64,000 nucleotides of DNA from an uncultured virus (IMG/VR IMGVR_UViG_3300002839_000259). Its lineage: Duplodnaviria > Heunggongvirae > Uroviricota > Caudoviricetes. Shown piece by piece: positions 1-9,872 of this stretch (positions are counted from its first letter, which is position 1; each line of letters begins with the position of its first letter). The notes under the pieces were generated by a model that was not told where the DNA came from, did no database searches, and saw nothing but the letters and a program-made list of their open reading frames with translations. The DNA is taken from the IMG/VR virus record IMGVR_UViG_3300002839_000259; one strand, written 5' to 3'. The position numbers were made by a program, and so were the translations under genes.

Positions 1-3000
1 CCGGTGACGGTATCGCTTGTGAATGTCCAGCTATTTGTGCAAGCACTTTCCTTAAACCATCCGCTGAATGTATAGCCTGTTCTGGTCGGAGCTGTCGGTG
101 TTGTTGCCTTCGCACCATAGTTGATGGCCTGAGATGTCACGGCGCTGCCACTCTGTGAGTCAAAACTCACCGTATAGGTGTTGATCGTCCATTTGGCATA
201 TAATGTTGTATTACCTGCCACGGTGTCACTCGTGAACGTCCATACGTCAGTGCAAGCACTTTGCTTAAACCAGCCTGCGAACACATATCCCGTTTTAGTA
301 GGTGCTGTAGGGGATGTCGCTTTTGCGTCATAATTGACGGCCTGTGCTGTCACGACGTTGCCACCTTGTGAGTCAAAACTCACGGTGTAGCTAATCGGGG
401 TCCATTTGGCAAAAAGTGTATCATTTGCTGTGACCAGAGTGCTGAACACATAAGCGCTTGTGCAACCGGCTTCGTTATACCATCCACCGAACGTATAACC
501 TGATCTAGTAGGCGCTGTTGGTGTGGTGATTGCCGTATTGTAGTTCGTTACGATTGCTGTTACAGCAGTTCCACCCTGGGAGTCAAACGACACTGTGTAA
601 GTATTAATCGTCCATTTTGCGTAAAGAGTATCATTTGCAGTAACCAGTATGCTGAAAATATAAGCATTTGTGCAACCAGCTTCGTTATACCAGCCACCGA
701 ACGTATATCCCGTTCTGGTCGGAGCTGTTGGTGACGAAATTGATGTATTGTAGTTTGTTACGATTGGGGTAACAGCACTGCCGCTCTGTGAATCAAAAGT
801 CACTGTGTAACTGTTGATCGTCCATTTTGCATAAAGAATGTCATTTGCGGTAATCAGAGTGCTGAACACATAAGCGCTTGTGCAGCCCGGTTCGTTATAC
901 CAACCGACAAAAGTATATCCAGTTCTGGTAGGCGCTATTGGCGCTGTGATTGCTGTATTGTAGTTTGTTACTTTTGCAGTAACGGCGCTACCACTCTGTG
1001 AATCAAAAGTCACTGTGTATGTATTGATCGTCCACTTGGCATAAAGGATATCATCAGCTGTAACAGGTGTGCTGAACACATAAGCACTCGTGCAACCGGC
1101 TTCGTTAAACCAACCGCCGAACGTGTAGCCTGTTCTGGTAGGTGCTGTTGGTGTTGCGATCACAGTGTTGTAGTTTGTCACTATTGATGAGACTGCTGTA
1201 CCGCTCTGGGAGTCAAATGACACGGTGTACGTGTTGATCGTCCATTTGGCGTAAAGTGTAGTATTATTCACAACTTTGTCTGTTGCGAATGTCCAACTCG
1301 TTGTGCAACCACTTTCCTTGAACCAACCGCCGAACGTATAGCCTGTTCTGGTAGGCGCTGTTGGTGCTGTTATTGCAGTGTTATAGTTTGTGTTTTTTGG
1401 TGCAACAGCGCTTCCGCTCTGAGAGTCAAAAGTTACTGCATAAACGTTGATTGTCCATTTTGCATAAAGTGTTGTATTGTCCATAACTTTATCACTTGCG
1501 AACGTCCATACATTTGTGCAGGCACTTTCCTTGAACCATCCACCGAACGTATATCCTGTTCGGGTAGGCGATGTTGGTGCTGTTATCGAGGTATTGTAGT
1601 TCGTGTTCTTGGGTGCGACGGCACTACCGCTTTGGGAATCAAATGTAACTGTGTAAATATTAATGGTCCATTTCGCGTAAAGAGTGTCATCAGCTGTAAT
1701 AAGCGTGCTAAAATTGTATGCGCTTGTGCAACCTACCTCATTATACCAACCGCCGAAGGTATAACCTGTTCTGCTAGGCGCTGTTGGAGCTGTGATCACC
1801 GTGTTATAGTTCGTCACGATTGGTGCGACGGCTGTTCCACTCTGTGAATCAAAATTCACAGTATAGGTGTTGATCGTCCACTTGGCGTACAATATTGTGT
1901 TATCTTCAACAACACTAAAGACTCGATCATCAGTGATTATCTCATCACCAAACACCCAGGCATCAGTACAAGCACTTTGCTTAAACCAACCGCCGAACGT
2001 ATAACCGGTTCTGACCGGAGCTGGCGGCGTCGTTATAGTGGCATAATAATCTGCCACTTTTGAAGACACTGCGCTCCCACTCTGTGAATCAAAACTCACA
2101 GTATAACTATTAGTTGTCCATTTGGCAAAGACTGTTATGTTGTCGGTGATCTTATCCGTTGCAAAAACAAACGGCGTCGTGCCACCAGAGTCTTTATACC
2201 ATCCGACGAAAGCATGGCCTGCTTGCGCAGGTGCTGTTGGTATAACTGCACAGGTGTTGTAATTCACAACCTGGTCGTCCACCTCACTCCAACATTGAGA
2301 GTTAAATGTGACTCGATATGTGTTAATCGTCCATTTAGCATAAATGGTCGTAGCATTCATTATTTTATCATTATCAAATGACCAGCTGTTTATGCATCCA
2401 CTTTCTTTAAACCAGCCGGAGAAGGTATACCCCGTTCTCATGGGATTTACCGGTGTTGTTATAGTCGTATTGTAATCAGCCACCTTTGGCGATATCAAGC
2501 TACCACTCTGTGAATTAAAGCTCACAGTATAACTGCGTGGCGTCCACTTAGCAAAAAGTGTATCATCGCCGGTAACCAATGTGTTGAAAACATATGCACT
2601 TGTGCAACCGGCATCGTTATACCAACCAACGAACGTATATCCGGTTTTTGTCGGGGCGATAGGTGTTGTGATCGCGGTATTATAATTTGTTACTTTTGAT
2701 GCGACAGCACTACCACTCTGAGAGTCAAAATTCACTGTGTAGGTGTTAATCGTCCACTTGGCATAATATATGATATCAGTGGCCGGATATTTAACCGGCA
2801 ATATCGTGATTTGTGGAATAGTGCATGCTGGTGTTGTAAACCAACCGCCAAATGTATAACCTGTTTTACTAGGATCAGACGGCATGTCTCTTGTTGAGAT
2901 GATCTGACCTGTTATACCATTCATATTAATGTCGCTTTCGGCTGTACCACCGTCTAAATTAAACAAAATAGAAACGGGGTTAACATCCCACTTAGCATAA

Positions 3001-3527
3001 TAAGTAATACCTTTATCGGGGTATTTGACAGGCAATTGAGTGACAGGCAATCCTGTTAATGATGAGTTATCGTACCAACCGGCAAATACGTAATTTACTT
3101 TTGTTGTTGTCGGCATGGTCTGGTTAACAATTGTCTGATTGACGATACCAACCATTGTGGATACTGAAGCACCGCCGTTCGTCACAAAATTAATCTGTGG
3201 GCCGCTGTTTTCCCATTTAGCATAAATAGACTGGTTGACAAGCAAGACATCCTTGCTAAAATCCCACTCAGTGAAAAACCAAGCCTCTTTGTACCAACCC
3301 AAAAACGTGAAGTTAGCCCTGACAGGATCAGCCGGCCGGGTTACTAGCTTCGATACAGGATCGGCTGTCACGCTCTGTATGAGTGACCCTCCGCCAGTAT
3401 TAAACGACAGCTTACTCTGAGAAACGGTTTCAGCATTAACTGAAACAGATGTTGTTAACATAAATACGCCACAACACAACAGAAACGCAAACAACATTAG
3501 CGTAACTTTTAAATTTTTTGTTTTCAT
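1..3527 (-). CDS. Secreted/surface protein with ~15-16 tandem InlB B-repeats (Listeria-Bacteroides repeat, Flg_new); runs off the window start
   Basis: Hand translation from ATG 3527 gives MKTKNLKVTLMLFAFLLCCGVFMLTTSVSVNA (signal peptide), then ~73-aa repeats YTVxFDSQxGS...PTRTGYTFxGW...LYAKW. Still in frame at base 3; absent from the ORF track because no stop lies in the window. Confidence 0.9.
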   Translation of the reverse strand, partial: MKTKNLKVTLMLFAFLLCCGVFMLTTSVSVNAETVSQSKLSFNTGGGSLIQSVTADPVSKLVTRPADPVRANFTFLGWYKEAWFFTEWDFSKDVLLVNQSIYAKWENSGPQINFVTNGGASVSTMVGIVNQTIVNQTMPTTTKVNYVFAGWYDNSSLTGLPVTQLPVKYPDKGITYYAKWDVNPVSILFNLDGGTAESDINMNGITGQIISTRDMPSDPSKTGYTFGGWFTTPACTIPQITILPVKYPATDIIYYAKWTINTYTVNFDSQSGSAVASKVTNYNTAITTPIAPTKTGYTFVGWYNDAGCTSAYVFNTLVTGDDTLFAKWTPRSYTVSFNSQSGSLISPKVADYNTTITTPVNPMRTGYTFSGWFKESGCINSWSFDNDKIMNATTIYAKWTINTYRVTFNSQCWSEVDDQVVNYNTCAVIPTAPAQAGHAFVGWYKDSGGTTPFVFATDKITDNITVFAKWTTNSYTVSFDSQSGSAVSSKVADYYATITTPPAPVRTGYTFGGWFKQSACTDAWVFGDEIITDDRVFSVVEDNTILYAKWTINTYTVNFDSQSGTAVAPIVTNYNTVITAPTAPSRTGYTFGGWYNEVGCTSAYNFSTLITADDTLYAKWTINIYTVTFDSQSGSAVAPKNTNYNTSITAPTSPTRTGYTFGGWFKESACTNVWTFASDKVMDNTTLYAKWTINVYAVTFDSQSGSAVAPKNTNYNTAITAPTAPTRTGYTFGGWFKESGCTTSWTFATDKVVNNTTLYAKWTINTYTVSFDSQSGTAVSSIVTNYNTVIATPTAPTRTGYTFGGWFNEAGCTSAYVFSTPVTADDILYAKWTINTYTVTFDSQSGSAVTAKVTNYNTAITAPIAPTRTGYTFVGWYNEPGCTSAYVFSTLITANDILYAKWTINSYTVTFDSQSGSAVTPIVTNYNTSISSPTAPTRTGYTFGGWYNEAGCTNAYIFSILVTANDTLYAKWTINTYTVSFDSQGGTAVTAIVTNYNTAITTPTAPTRSGYTFGGWYNEAGCTSAYVFSTLVTANDTLFAKWTPISYTVSFDSQGGNVVTAQAVNYDAKATSPTAPTKTGYVFAGWFKQSACTDVWTFTSDTVAGNTTLYAKWTINTYTVSFDSQSGSAVTSQAINYGAKATTPTAPTRTGYTFSGWFKESACTNSWTFTSDTVT

Positions 3528-3850
3528 TACAGACACCAAAACCTTTCTTTGAAAATTCTTGAAGCAAACATTGATTTAATCATATAGTTCACCATTTTTG
3601 TATAAAAACCCGTGGCACAAATAGCGGACAAAACCGTGATGTACCAATGGTTGATTCATCGCCGTAAATTTAATAAGTGACATATAAACAACACCGCCTT
3701 TTAATTCATCATTTTTTAAATACTAGATATACATAATTATATCACATTGTAGCCAATGTTACAATTAAAAACATGATATTTTGTTGATAAATCAGCATTT
3801 ATTTAAATAGATAGTCGTGAGATGCAAAGATTTTGGAGAAACGACAAGCT

Positions 3851-3872
3851 GTGTTGTCACCAACACCGGGGA
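3851..3872 (+). promoter_or_regulatory. Hairpin-CG motif (GTGTTG family)
   Basis: GTGTTG-TCAC-CAACAC-CGGGGA, ~55 nt before the RnlB-like gene. Confidence 0.7.
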
Positions 3873-3926
3873 GATATGTGAAACACAAGTATTTGTGTAA
3901 AAAACTAAAAAACGAGGTATTGTGAA

Positions 3927-4319
3927 ATGACTTTAGAAATAGATATTAGAGCAAAAAACTACGAAATCAACGTGCTTGATCAGGATGACTACGCAGCCAT
4001 TGTTTTTTCGACATCCTGTGCAAAACCATCGTTAAACTTAGACGAATTAAATAAAGACTTAACAAGGCTCGATATCAAAAATAAGAAAATTATTTTTGAT
4101 ATGATGATTGATATGGGAAACACGGCCGAGCGATTCACAGAAGCAGTATTCAACGGCGAACACCTGGTTCCCGCAACTTTTGCCTTTGCAAAAATTGATA
4201 AGAAAAGCCCGTTGCGTCAATGTTCTGCCGACTTCTTCATGAAAAATCCATCAATGTTAGAATATTCCGTCCTAACATCCGTTCAGCAAAAATTAATCAA
4301 CAAAGGTATTGCAATCTAA
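3927..4319 (+). CDS. RnlB/LsoB-family antitoxin-like protein (no adjacent toxin)
   Basis: 130 aa; AIVFSTS..P...ELNKDL...IIFDMM..G...RF...LEYSVLT parallels E. coli RnlB as I recall it (AVVMATG..P..EIE..L..ILFDLL..G..RF..LEASVLS). Confidence 0.7.
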   Translation: MTLEIDIRAKNYEINVLDQDDYAAIVFSTSCAKPSLNLDELNKDLTRLDIKNKKIIFDMMIDMGNTAERFTEAVFNGEHLVPATFAFAKIDKKSPLRQCSADFFMKNPSMLEYSVLTSVQQKLINKGIAI

Positions 4320-4350
4320 CCAAAAAATAAATAAAAAAGGACGTGTAACT

Positions 4351-4779
4351 ATGCAAAACAAAGAAATTCTCTCGTTTCACGGCGATCACCACTTTTTGTC
4401 AAACTTTCATTCTTGCCAGACAATATACAAAGGTGTGACGTTCCAGAACAGTGAGGCGGCTTTTCAGGCTCAAAAAGAGCCTGCTCGGGCTCATGAATTT
4501 GCAAATTTGGAACCAGGAGCTTCTAAGAAGTTAGGTTTTAAAGTCAAACTGATCCCAAATTGGGATAAACTAAAAGATCAAGTCATGTACGACGTTGTGA
4601 AAGCTAAGTTTTCACAAAATCCGGATTTACTGACACAATTACTGGCTACCGGTGATGTGCATTTGGAAGAAGGCAATACCTGGCGTGACAGATACTGGGG
4701 TACGGTTAATCGATGTGGTCAAAATAAACTCGGTTGCATTTTGATGCGACTGCGCGCAGAACAAAAAAATCTAATATGA
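4351..4779 (+). CDS. NADAR (YbiA-like) family protein
   Basis: FLSNF...SEAAFQAQK...KFSQN..L...LLATG...LEEGN..DRYWG....GQNKLG.ILM motifs; ATG 4351 with AAAGG upstream. Confidence 0.92.
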   Translation: MQNKEILSFHGDHHFLSNFHSCQTIYKGVTFQNSEAAFQAQKEPARAHEFANLEPGASKKLGFKVKLIPNWDKLKDQVMYDVVKAKFSQNPDLLTQLLATGDVHLEEGNTWRDRYWGTVNRCGQNKLGCILMRLRAEQKNLI

Positions 4780-4833
4780 TTAAAGTCACGGCGTAAATGC
4801 CGTGACAAAGCTATAATCAAAAGTTAAAAGCAA

Positions 4834-4855
4834 GTGTTGCGCGCAACACCGGGTA
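4834..4855 (+). promoter_or_regulatory. Hairpin-CG motif (GTGTTG family)
   Basis: GTGTTG-CGCG-CAACAC-CGGGTA upstream of ssb. Confidence 0.7.
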
Positions 4856-5024
4856 AACAATTGAAGCATGATCAATAGGAGAAAAAAGGTCTGTGCTAAA
4901 ACCGAGACAAAGCAAAACCAAAAGCAGATAACAATGGTGTTATCTCGAATGGTCAATTGAAACAATATCAAAACCAGTAAAAAAAATTAAAATAAACTAA
5001 AATAAAAAAGGATGGTATTAAAAG

Positions 5025-5510
5025 ATGAGCAACTTAAGAAATATGTATTTATTCGAGGGCCGTTTGGCCAAAGCACCTATTTTCCTTGACAACAAAGATG
5101 GTTCAAAGAAAGTATTGTTGACGATTGCTATTCAAAACGACTTCAAGAACAAGAAAACAGGCGACAAAGACAGCCAATTCATTCCATTCCAGGGCTTTAT
5201 CGCAGCTGGAAAAGGCAAGGGAGTGTACGATTTCATCGAAAAAGGGTCTTTAATCGGCGGTGCTGCTGAACTACGCAATAACAACTACGACGCAGCTGAC
5301 GGTACTAAAGTATATGGTATTGTTAACGTTATTCAAAAAATTGATTTGAAAGAATCTAAGTCAACAACTGATGCACGTCACGCAAACACTGGTGTAACAA
5401 CTGCGCCACAAGCGCCTATTGGATCCGAAGAACCAATGACTGACGAACAGGCCGCTGCAAACCTTGAATCAATCATGGCAATGGAAATGAACGACGTACC
5501 ATTCGCTTAA
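5025..5510 (+). CDS. ssb: Single-stranded DNA-binding protein
   Basis: OB-fold pattern (GRLAKAP...KGSLI...LRNNNY...G) and acidic tail ending DVPFA. Confidence 0.9.
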   Translation: MSNLRNMYLFEGRLAKAPIFLDNKDGSKKVLLTIAIQNDFKNKKTGDKDSQFIPFQGFIAAGKGKGVYDFIEKGSLIGGAAELRNNNYDAADGTKVYGIVNVIQKIDLKESKSTTDARHANTGVTTAPQAPIGSEEPMTDEQAAANLESIMAMEMNDVPFA

Positions 5511-5519
5511 GCGAAATAC

Positions 5520-5562
5520 AAAAATGCACCCTGTGATTATTCACAGTGGTGCATTTTTTTTA
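5520..5562. terminator. Bidirectional intrinsic terminator
   Basis: AAAAATGCACC-CTGTGATTATTCACAG-TGGTGCATTTTTTT between convergent ssb and parM. Confidence 0.85.
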
Positions 5563-5570
5563 TAATTAAA

Positions 5571-6803
5571 TTATTTTGTTTCAGGTAATGTCCCATGCGA
5601 CCGATGATTAGCCAGCGCCACATCATAGAGGCCTTCGCGGTTTAAGTTGCGTGCATAAGCTGAATCCAGATACAAAATTGGAAAAGCATCACCGCCGGTA
5701 AAGCTTTTTGTCTTTTCAATTAATTTATCATGAAGGACACTTTTCATTGGGGTTGCCCCGCCACCGTAAACATAGATCACTTCGACATTGCCGGTGCTTA
5801 AAATGCGGGATACCTCACGAATGATAGCATTGACCAGATCAACTGATTCAGCATTAATGATACCATCAACGGTTTTCTTTTTAGACCTGTTAAAAGCTGT
5901 TTCAGGCTGTTGCATGAAATTAGCCACGGCCTTTCGGGTGCGCCACGGCATGTTGGCTTTCTGAATCGACGCCAACGACTGTTCGATGACCGAACCGTAA
6001 CCCTGTGGAATGGTCGAACTGGCGATGACATTGAAACGACCCTCAGTGATAACTGGGAAATTAACGGTACCTTCACCTATATCAATGCCGCAGGTATTAT
6101 TACACTTGATCACATCCATTGCAGTGATACCATCCATAGCGTCGGCATCACGGGAGCGAATGTCATCTAAAAGTGCTTGGATAAATAGAGCGCCCTTATT
6201 GACAATAGCAAACTGCGCCGAAATTCCTTCGGGAAGAACCTTGACTTCACCAAATGAGATCACAACATGAACATTCTGTTCAAAATTGCAGATGGTCACT
6301 TCATGATGTCCCTTTGTAAACTGTTGTGCAAAACGTTCACGGTGCATGATGTACTCGTTGATCGGCAGAGCCAGTGCCACCTGCGCATCGACATGCAGTA
6401 CTTCGGTCGGCAGTTCTTTATGTTCTTCCCAGTAATGTTTAAGTGCGCTGCCGGCAACAGAGCTGAGTATTAAAATTGAAGATAACTCCTGTTGGGCTTT
6501 GGATAAATTAGCATCGGCAATATCAAACTCGATGAGTTGATGACCTGTGGCAATAGCGCCTTGTCCGAATGTGAAATAACGATGATCAACGATTAAAGAT
6601 GAGCGAAATTGGCAGACAATTCGATTAAAAATATCACTCACGTACTCATCTGAGGGAAGATCCGGCACTGCTAATCCAGAAACCAATCCGGCCACACATG
6701 CCGGAATATCAATCTTACTGATCTCATTATTCAAACCCAAACAGGAACCTTTGACGTAGCCATTGCCAATATCTAATCCAATAATTGTTGTATTGTTATT
6801 CAT
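5571..6803 (-). CDS. parM: ParM/StbA-family actin-like plasmid segregation ATPase
   Basis: Phosphate-1 IGLDIGNGYVK, connect VLPEG, phosphate-2 GIDIGEGTVN, adenosine VYGGGA; likely start MNNNTT at 6803. Confidence 0.88.
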   Translation of the reverse strand: MNNNTTIIGLDIGNGYVKGSCLGLNNEISKIDIPACVAGLVSGLAVPDLPSDEYVSDIFNRIVCQFRSSLIVDHRYFTFGQGAIATGHQLIEFDIADANLSKAQQELSSILILSSVAGSALKHYWEEHKELPTEVLHVDAQVALALPINEYIMHRERFAQQFTKGHHEVTICNFEQNVHVVISFGEVKVLPEGISAQFAIVNKGALFIQALLDDIRSRDADAMDGITAMDVIKCNNTCGIDIGEGTVNFPVITEGRFNVIASSTIPQGYGSVIEQSLASIQKANMPWRTRKAVANFMQQPETAFNRSKKKTVDGIINAESVDLVNAIIREVSRILSTGNVEVIYVYGGGATPMKSVLHDKLIEKTKSFTGGDAFPILYLDSAYARNLNREGLYDVALANHRSHGTLPETK

Positions 6804-6869
6804 GAAGTTCTTTTCCTCTATTCTTTCTCGATATGATTTTTTATTTTTACGCACCAGCACTATGGCCAA

Positions 6870-7379
6870 TTACATCAAACTGTTTAAAAGTGTTGATCCT
6901 GCCTCAACCGATTCTGACGAATCCGATGGTTTTGCTTGTTCTATAATAGGATCGATCGCGGGTTGTTCAGGTTCTAGTAATTCGTGTTCTGTGGATGTTT
7001 GCAATTCCGGTGACACAGCGTCAAGTTGTTCTATAATTATATCATCGGGTGCGTGTTCGGTGGTTTCAATTGGTGCAATGACAACTGTAATCGGTTCGGC
7101 AACAACATCTTGAATATCTGCATCAGATACTGGTGGCTTTGATACGACCACATCAACCCCGATTTTTTCAGATGGTGTTGCAACCAATGTTTCGATCGAC
7201 TTGACTAACTGCTCTTTGCGTCGACACGTGACATCGGAATAACCGTTTTTTTCAATGTCGTCAGTAACTAGTGCACGAAAGGATGCATGTATGTCGGCCT
7301 GGGCGGCAATCCAATCGTTGGTAGACGTGTCCGCTGCGGGCACTGATAATCGATACCTTCGCATAGTGGGTTTGCTCAT
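6870..7379 (-). CDS. Probable ParR-like centromere-binding adaptor
   Basis: Small gene directly upstream of parM; RHH-like N-terminus (RRYRLSVP...) and acidic low-complexity tail. Confidence 0.65.
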   Translation of the reverse strand: MSKPTMRRYRLSVPAADTSTNDWIAAQADIHASFRALVTDDIEKNGYSDVTCRRKEQLVKSIETLVATPSEKIGVDVVVSKPPVSDADIQDVVAEPITVVIAPIETTEHAPDDIIIEQLDAVSPELQTSTEHELLEPEQPAIDPIIEQAKPSDSSESVEAGSTLLNSLM

Positions 7380-7475
7380 TATTATAGTCTCACTTTCTAT
7401 TGTTTATTCAATCAATGATGCCTGCTTCAACTTGAATCAACTTCTTGGGTATTGTTTAATTCATTTGTTGGTCTT

Positions 7476-7504
7476 ATTATAGCACAAATTAAACCCAATG
7501 TCAA
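7476..7504 (-). promoter_or_regulatory. Consensus sigma-A promoter for parR-parM
   Basis: Minus strand TTGACA-17 nt-TATAAT with extended -10 TG. Confidence 0.85.
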
Positions 7505-7874
7505 CCCATAACCGTGTCACTTTCGACCATATGTGAGCATAAAATGATACTACCAGCAACAAATAGAATTGTGTGCCAAAATAACACCATAACAAACCCA
7601 ATCGCGACCAACAATAGGCCAAGCTGATATTTTATCATTGAGCAAGTCGTAGTCTGGTCAAAAAACGACCACCAAATGGACGCGAAGTGGCACAAAAATA
7701 AACCATATTTGTACCACAGATGTGCTTAAACCGCCATTTTTAATCACCCGTTTATTGCAAATTCTCCTCAAATATGAAACGTTTTGCACAATAAAAAGGG
7801 TGCAACCAGAACACGGATATGTTATAATTATAGTATAAATGTTTATTTCAAAAACACAATTGAAAGGAATAGCT

Positions 7875-8744
7875 ATGCGATACATTAAAATTAATGACAT
7901 CCGACCCAATATGTTATCGGCCTCAAATCTGTATGATCGCAATCATCAACCCGTCATGCGCGCCAATTGCCGACTGACACATGAACTGATTGCCGAGCTC
8001 ACCCAGTATGATTACAACGGTTTATATATTTATCAAAACCGTGACAAAATAGCCGACATGAAAAATAAATTACAACCTGAATATCCAACAAACATGTGTC
8101 AGGCCGTTTATCTGGCTAATACACTAATCAATCACGTCATGGGCGACATTCAAGTCAGCAAACACCTGATCAGCATGACCAACAGGGAACCCACTCATAT
8201 TGACCACTATATAGAGGTTGCATTAATATCGGTCTTGATTGGTATTAGTCGAGGATTAATCATCAACCAACTGACTGAACTAACGCAAGCTGCAATACTT
8301 CACGATCTGGGAAAAATTATGATTGACAAAGACATTCTTAATAAACCCGAAAAACTAACCCCAATCGAATATACCTACGTAAAAAACCATACCGAATTTG
8401 GTCATCAATTAATTATGAGCGATGACAATGCCGCCAATTGGAGTGTTGCCAATGCTGTGAGGCATCATCACGAAAATCATGACGGTAGTGGTTACCCTAT
8501 GGGACTTAAATGCAATCAAATTCCTGTATATGCACAAATTATTCATATTGCAGACGTCTATCAGGCTATGTTGTCAAATAGAGTGTATAAGAAGTCAATG
8601 GCACCGGACGAGGCTATGATTTACATGATGCAACAAATTGGCATCATGTTTGATCCAACCATGATATATCACTTTGTAAAACAGATCATCCACTATCCGA
8701 TTGAGGCCACTGTTATTTATCCTGGGATTACCAAAACAGCCTGA
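7875..8744 (+). CDS. HD-GYP domain phosphodiesterase
   Basis: LHDLGK...KPEKLT..E...H...G...HHHENHDGSGYP.GL...I..IADVY.A....R.YK. Confidence 0.9.
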   Translation: MRYIKINDIRPNMLSASNLYDRNHQPVMRANCRLTHELIAELTQYDYNGLYIYQNRDKIADMKNKLQPEYPTNMCQAVYLANTLINHVMGDIQVSKHLISMTNREPTHIDHYIEVALISVLIGISRGLIINQLTELTQAAILHDLGKIMIDKDILNKPEKLTPIEYTYVKNHTEFGHQLIMSDDNAANWSVANAVRHHHENHDGSGYPMGLKCNQIPVYAQIIHIADVYQAMLSNRVYKKSMAPDEAMIYMMQQIGIMFDPTMIYHFVKQIIHYPIEATVIYPGITKTA

Positions 8745-8764
8745 CAGCAGCCGCTGTCCGAGTA
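8743..8764 (+). promoter_or_regulatory. Hairpin-CG motif (GACAGC family)
   Basis: GACAGC-AGCC-GCTGTC-CGAGTA. Confidence 0.7.
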
Positions 8765-8822
8765 AAACATTGGACTTAAAATCTTTTAAAGTTATGGATT
8801 TCAACCGGGTGGCCGAAAATGC

Positions 8823-8844
8823 GACAGCGTTCGCTGTCCGGGTG
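8823..8844 (+). promoter_or_regulatory. Hairpin-CG motif (GACAGC family)
   Basis: GACAGC-GTTC-GCTGTC-CGGGTG heading ncRNA copy 1. Confidence 0.75.
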
Positions 8845-9132
8845 AAGATCAGACGAGAGATCCCTGTGGTGTTGCAGAGCCAACCACTTGATACTTAATT
8901 AACCGCATCTTTCGCAAAAACATAAGTCTCCTCCGACTTTATTCCACTCAAAAAAAATACTCGGTTCTGCTTTTATTTATTTGTCGAGAATATAGTACTG
9001 GTGTTTGCCTCCTCCTAATGTTTTCACCAGGCAGGTTCGATCCCTGCAATCGGCAAAATACGGACACAATTTTACCTCACTTTTTTCTCAAGAAACAACC
9101 TCGCTGCTTTATGCCGAGGTTGTTTTTTTTTT
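8845..9132 (+). ncRNA. Putative structured sRNA, copy 1 (anti-SD loops plus tRNA-like T-arm domain)
   Basis: No credible ORF; paralog at 16402-16677; AAGTC-TCCTCC-GACTT hairpin; GCAGG-TTCGATC-CCTGC T-arm; ends in terminator 9093-9132. Confidence 0.7.
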
Positions 9133-9197
9133 AGGTGAAAATTTTGATCAACTAATAATATAACAGTCGCAGGACTAAAAACTAAGGAGATATAAAA

Positions 9198-9845
9198 ATG
9201 GAAAATAACAAAAATGAACCGAGTGTAGCTATGTCACCTGTTATGACAAGTCAAATTAATGCAATCTTTATTGAAGACCTATCGTCTTCTGAAAAAATGC
9301 AAATACTGTTTCATCATGTCAATCGTGAGCTGGTCAGCAAAATACGTGAAGCGGCCAAAGAAAATAACTTAAAAACTGCAACGGATTTGATCAAGAGCTG
9401 TCCTAATCATTCAATTGTGCTAGATTATGACGAAGACGATGAATTAGCCTATGTCACATTTGATGAAAAAACGTATGAACAACTGCTCGAAGACCTTGAG
9501 TCGTGTTGTCAATTAAATCGTTTTTATACCGAACGACAATTGACTCAGCTTGAAATCATTGAATGCATGCACACACTATGGGAAGAAAGCCGTTTGTGCC
9601 CATGCGCCGATGGAAATACCAACTATTATGAAAATCGATTAATCGAAGCCCTTGGAATTGCCAAAGAGAACGTCACAGCTGCATTTACCTCGCTTATTGA
9701 TGTGACAGACGCCGATATCTACAATTATTTCGAAGCATATTATCTGAATTTATATATCTCAGATGAGGCAAATATCATGGACTTAAAACATCCCATCATA
9801 TTTGAAGACGGCCACGTCCATCAAATATTTCAAGGCGAGTACTAA
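9198..9845 (+). CDS. Hypothetical acidic protein
   Basis: 215-aa ORF with AAGGAG RBS. Confidence 0.75.
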   Translation: MENNKNEPSVAMSPVMTSQINAIFIEDLSSSEKMQILFHHVNRELVSKIREAAKENNLKTATDLIKSCPNHSIVLDYDEDDELAYVTFDEKTYEQLLEDLESCCQLNRFYTERQLTQLEIIECMHTLWEESRLCPCADGNTNYYENRLIEALGIAKENVTAAFTSLIDVTDADIYNYFEAYYLNLYISDEANIMDLKHPIIFEDGHVHQIFQGEY

Positions 9846-9872
9846 AAAATAAAAGAAAATGAGGACATAACT

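Noticed and set aside
1..3420. Non-coding repeat array, and + strand ORFs 1632-1847 and 3235-3420
   Set aside because: The repeats are protein domains of the minus-strand gene; the short ORFs are shadows.
3540..3720. c-di-GMP riboswitch upstream of the adhesin
   Set aside because: No GEMM-like GCAAAC...GCAAAGC signature on the minus strand.
8701..8898. 65-aa ORF across the tandem GACAGC hairpins
   Set aside because: Overlaps the HD-GYP end, has no RBS, and its 5' part is absent from the second copy of the element.
8981..9056. Canonical tRNA or tmRNA gene (also 16535-16600)
   Set aside because: A T-arm is present but there is no D-arm, no 7-nt anticodon loop, no CCA and no tag ORF; kept as part of a novel ncRNA candidate.
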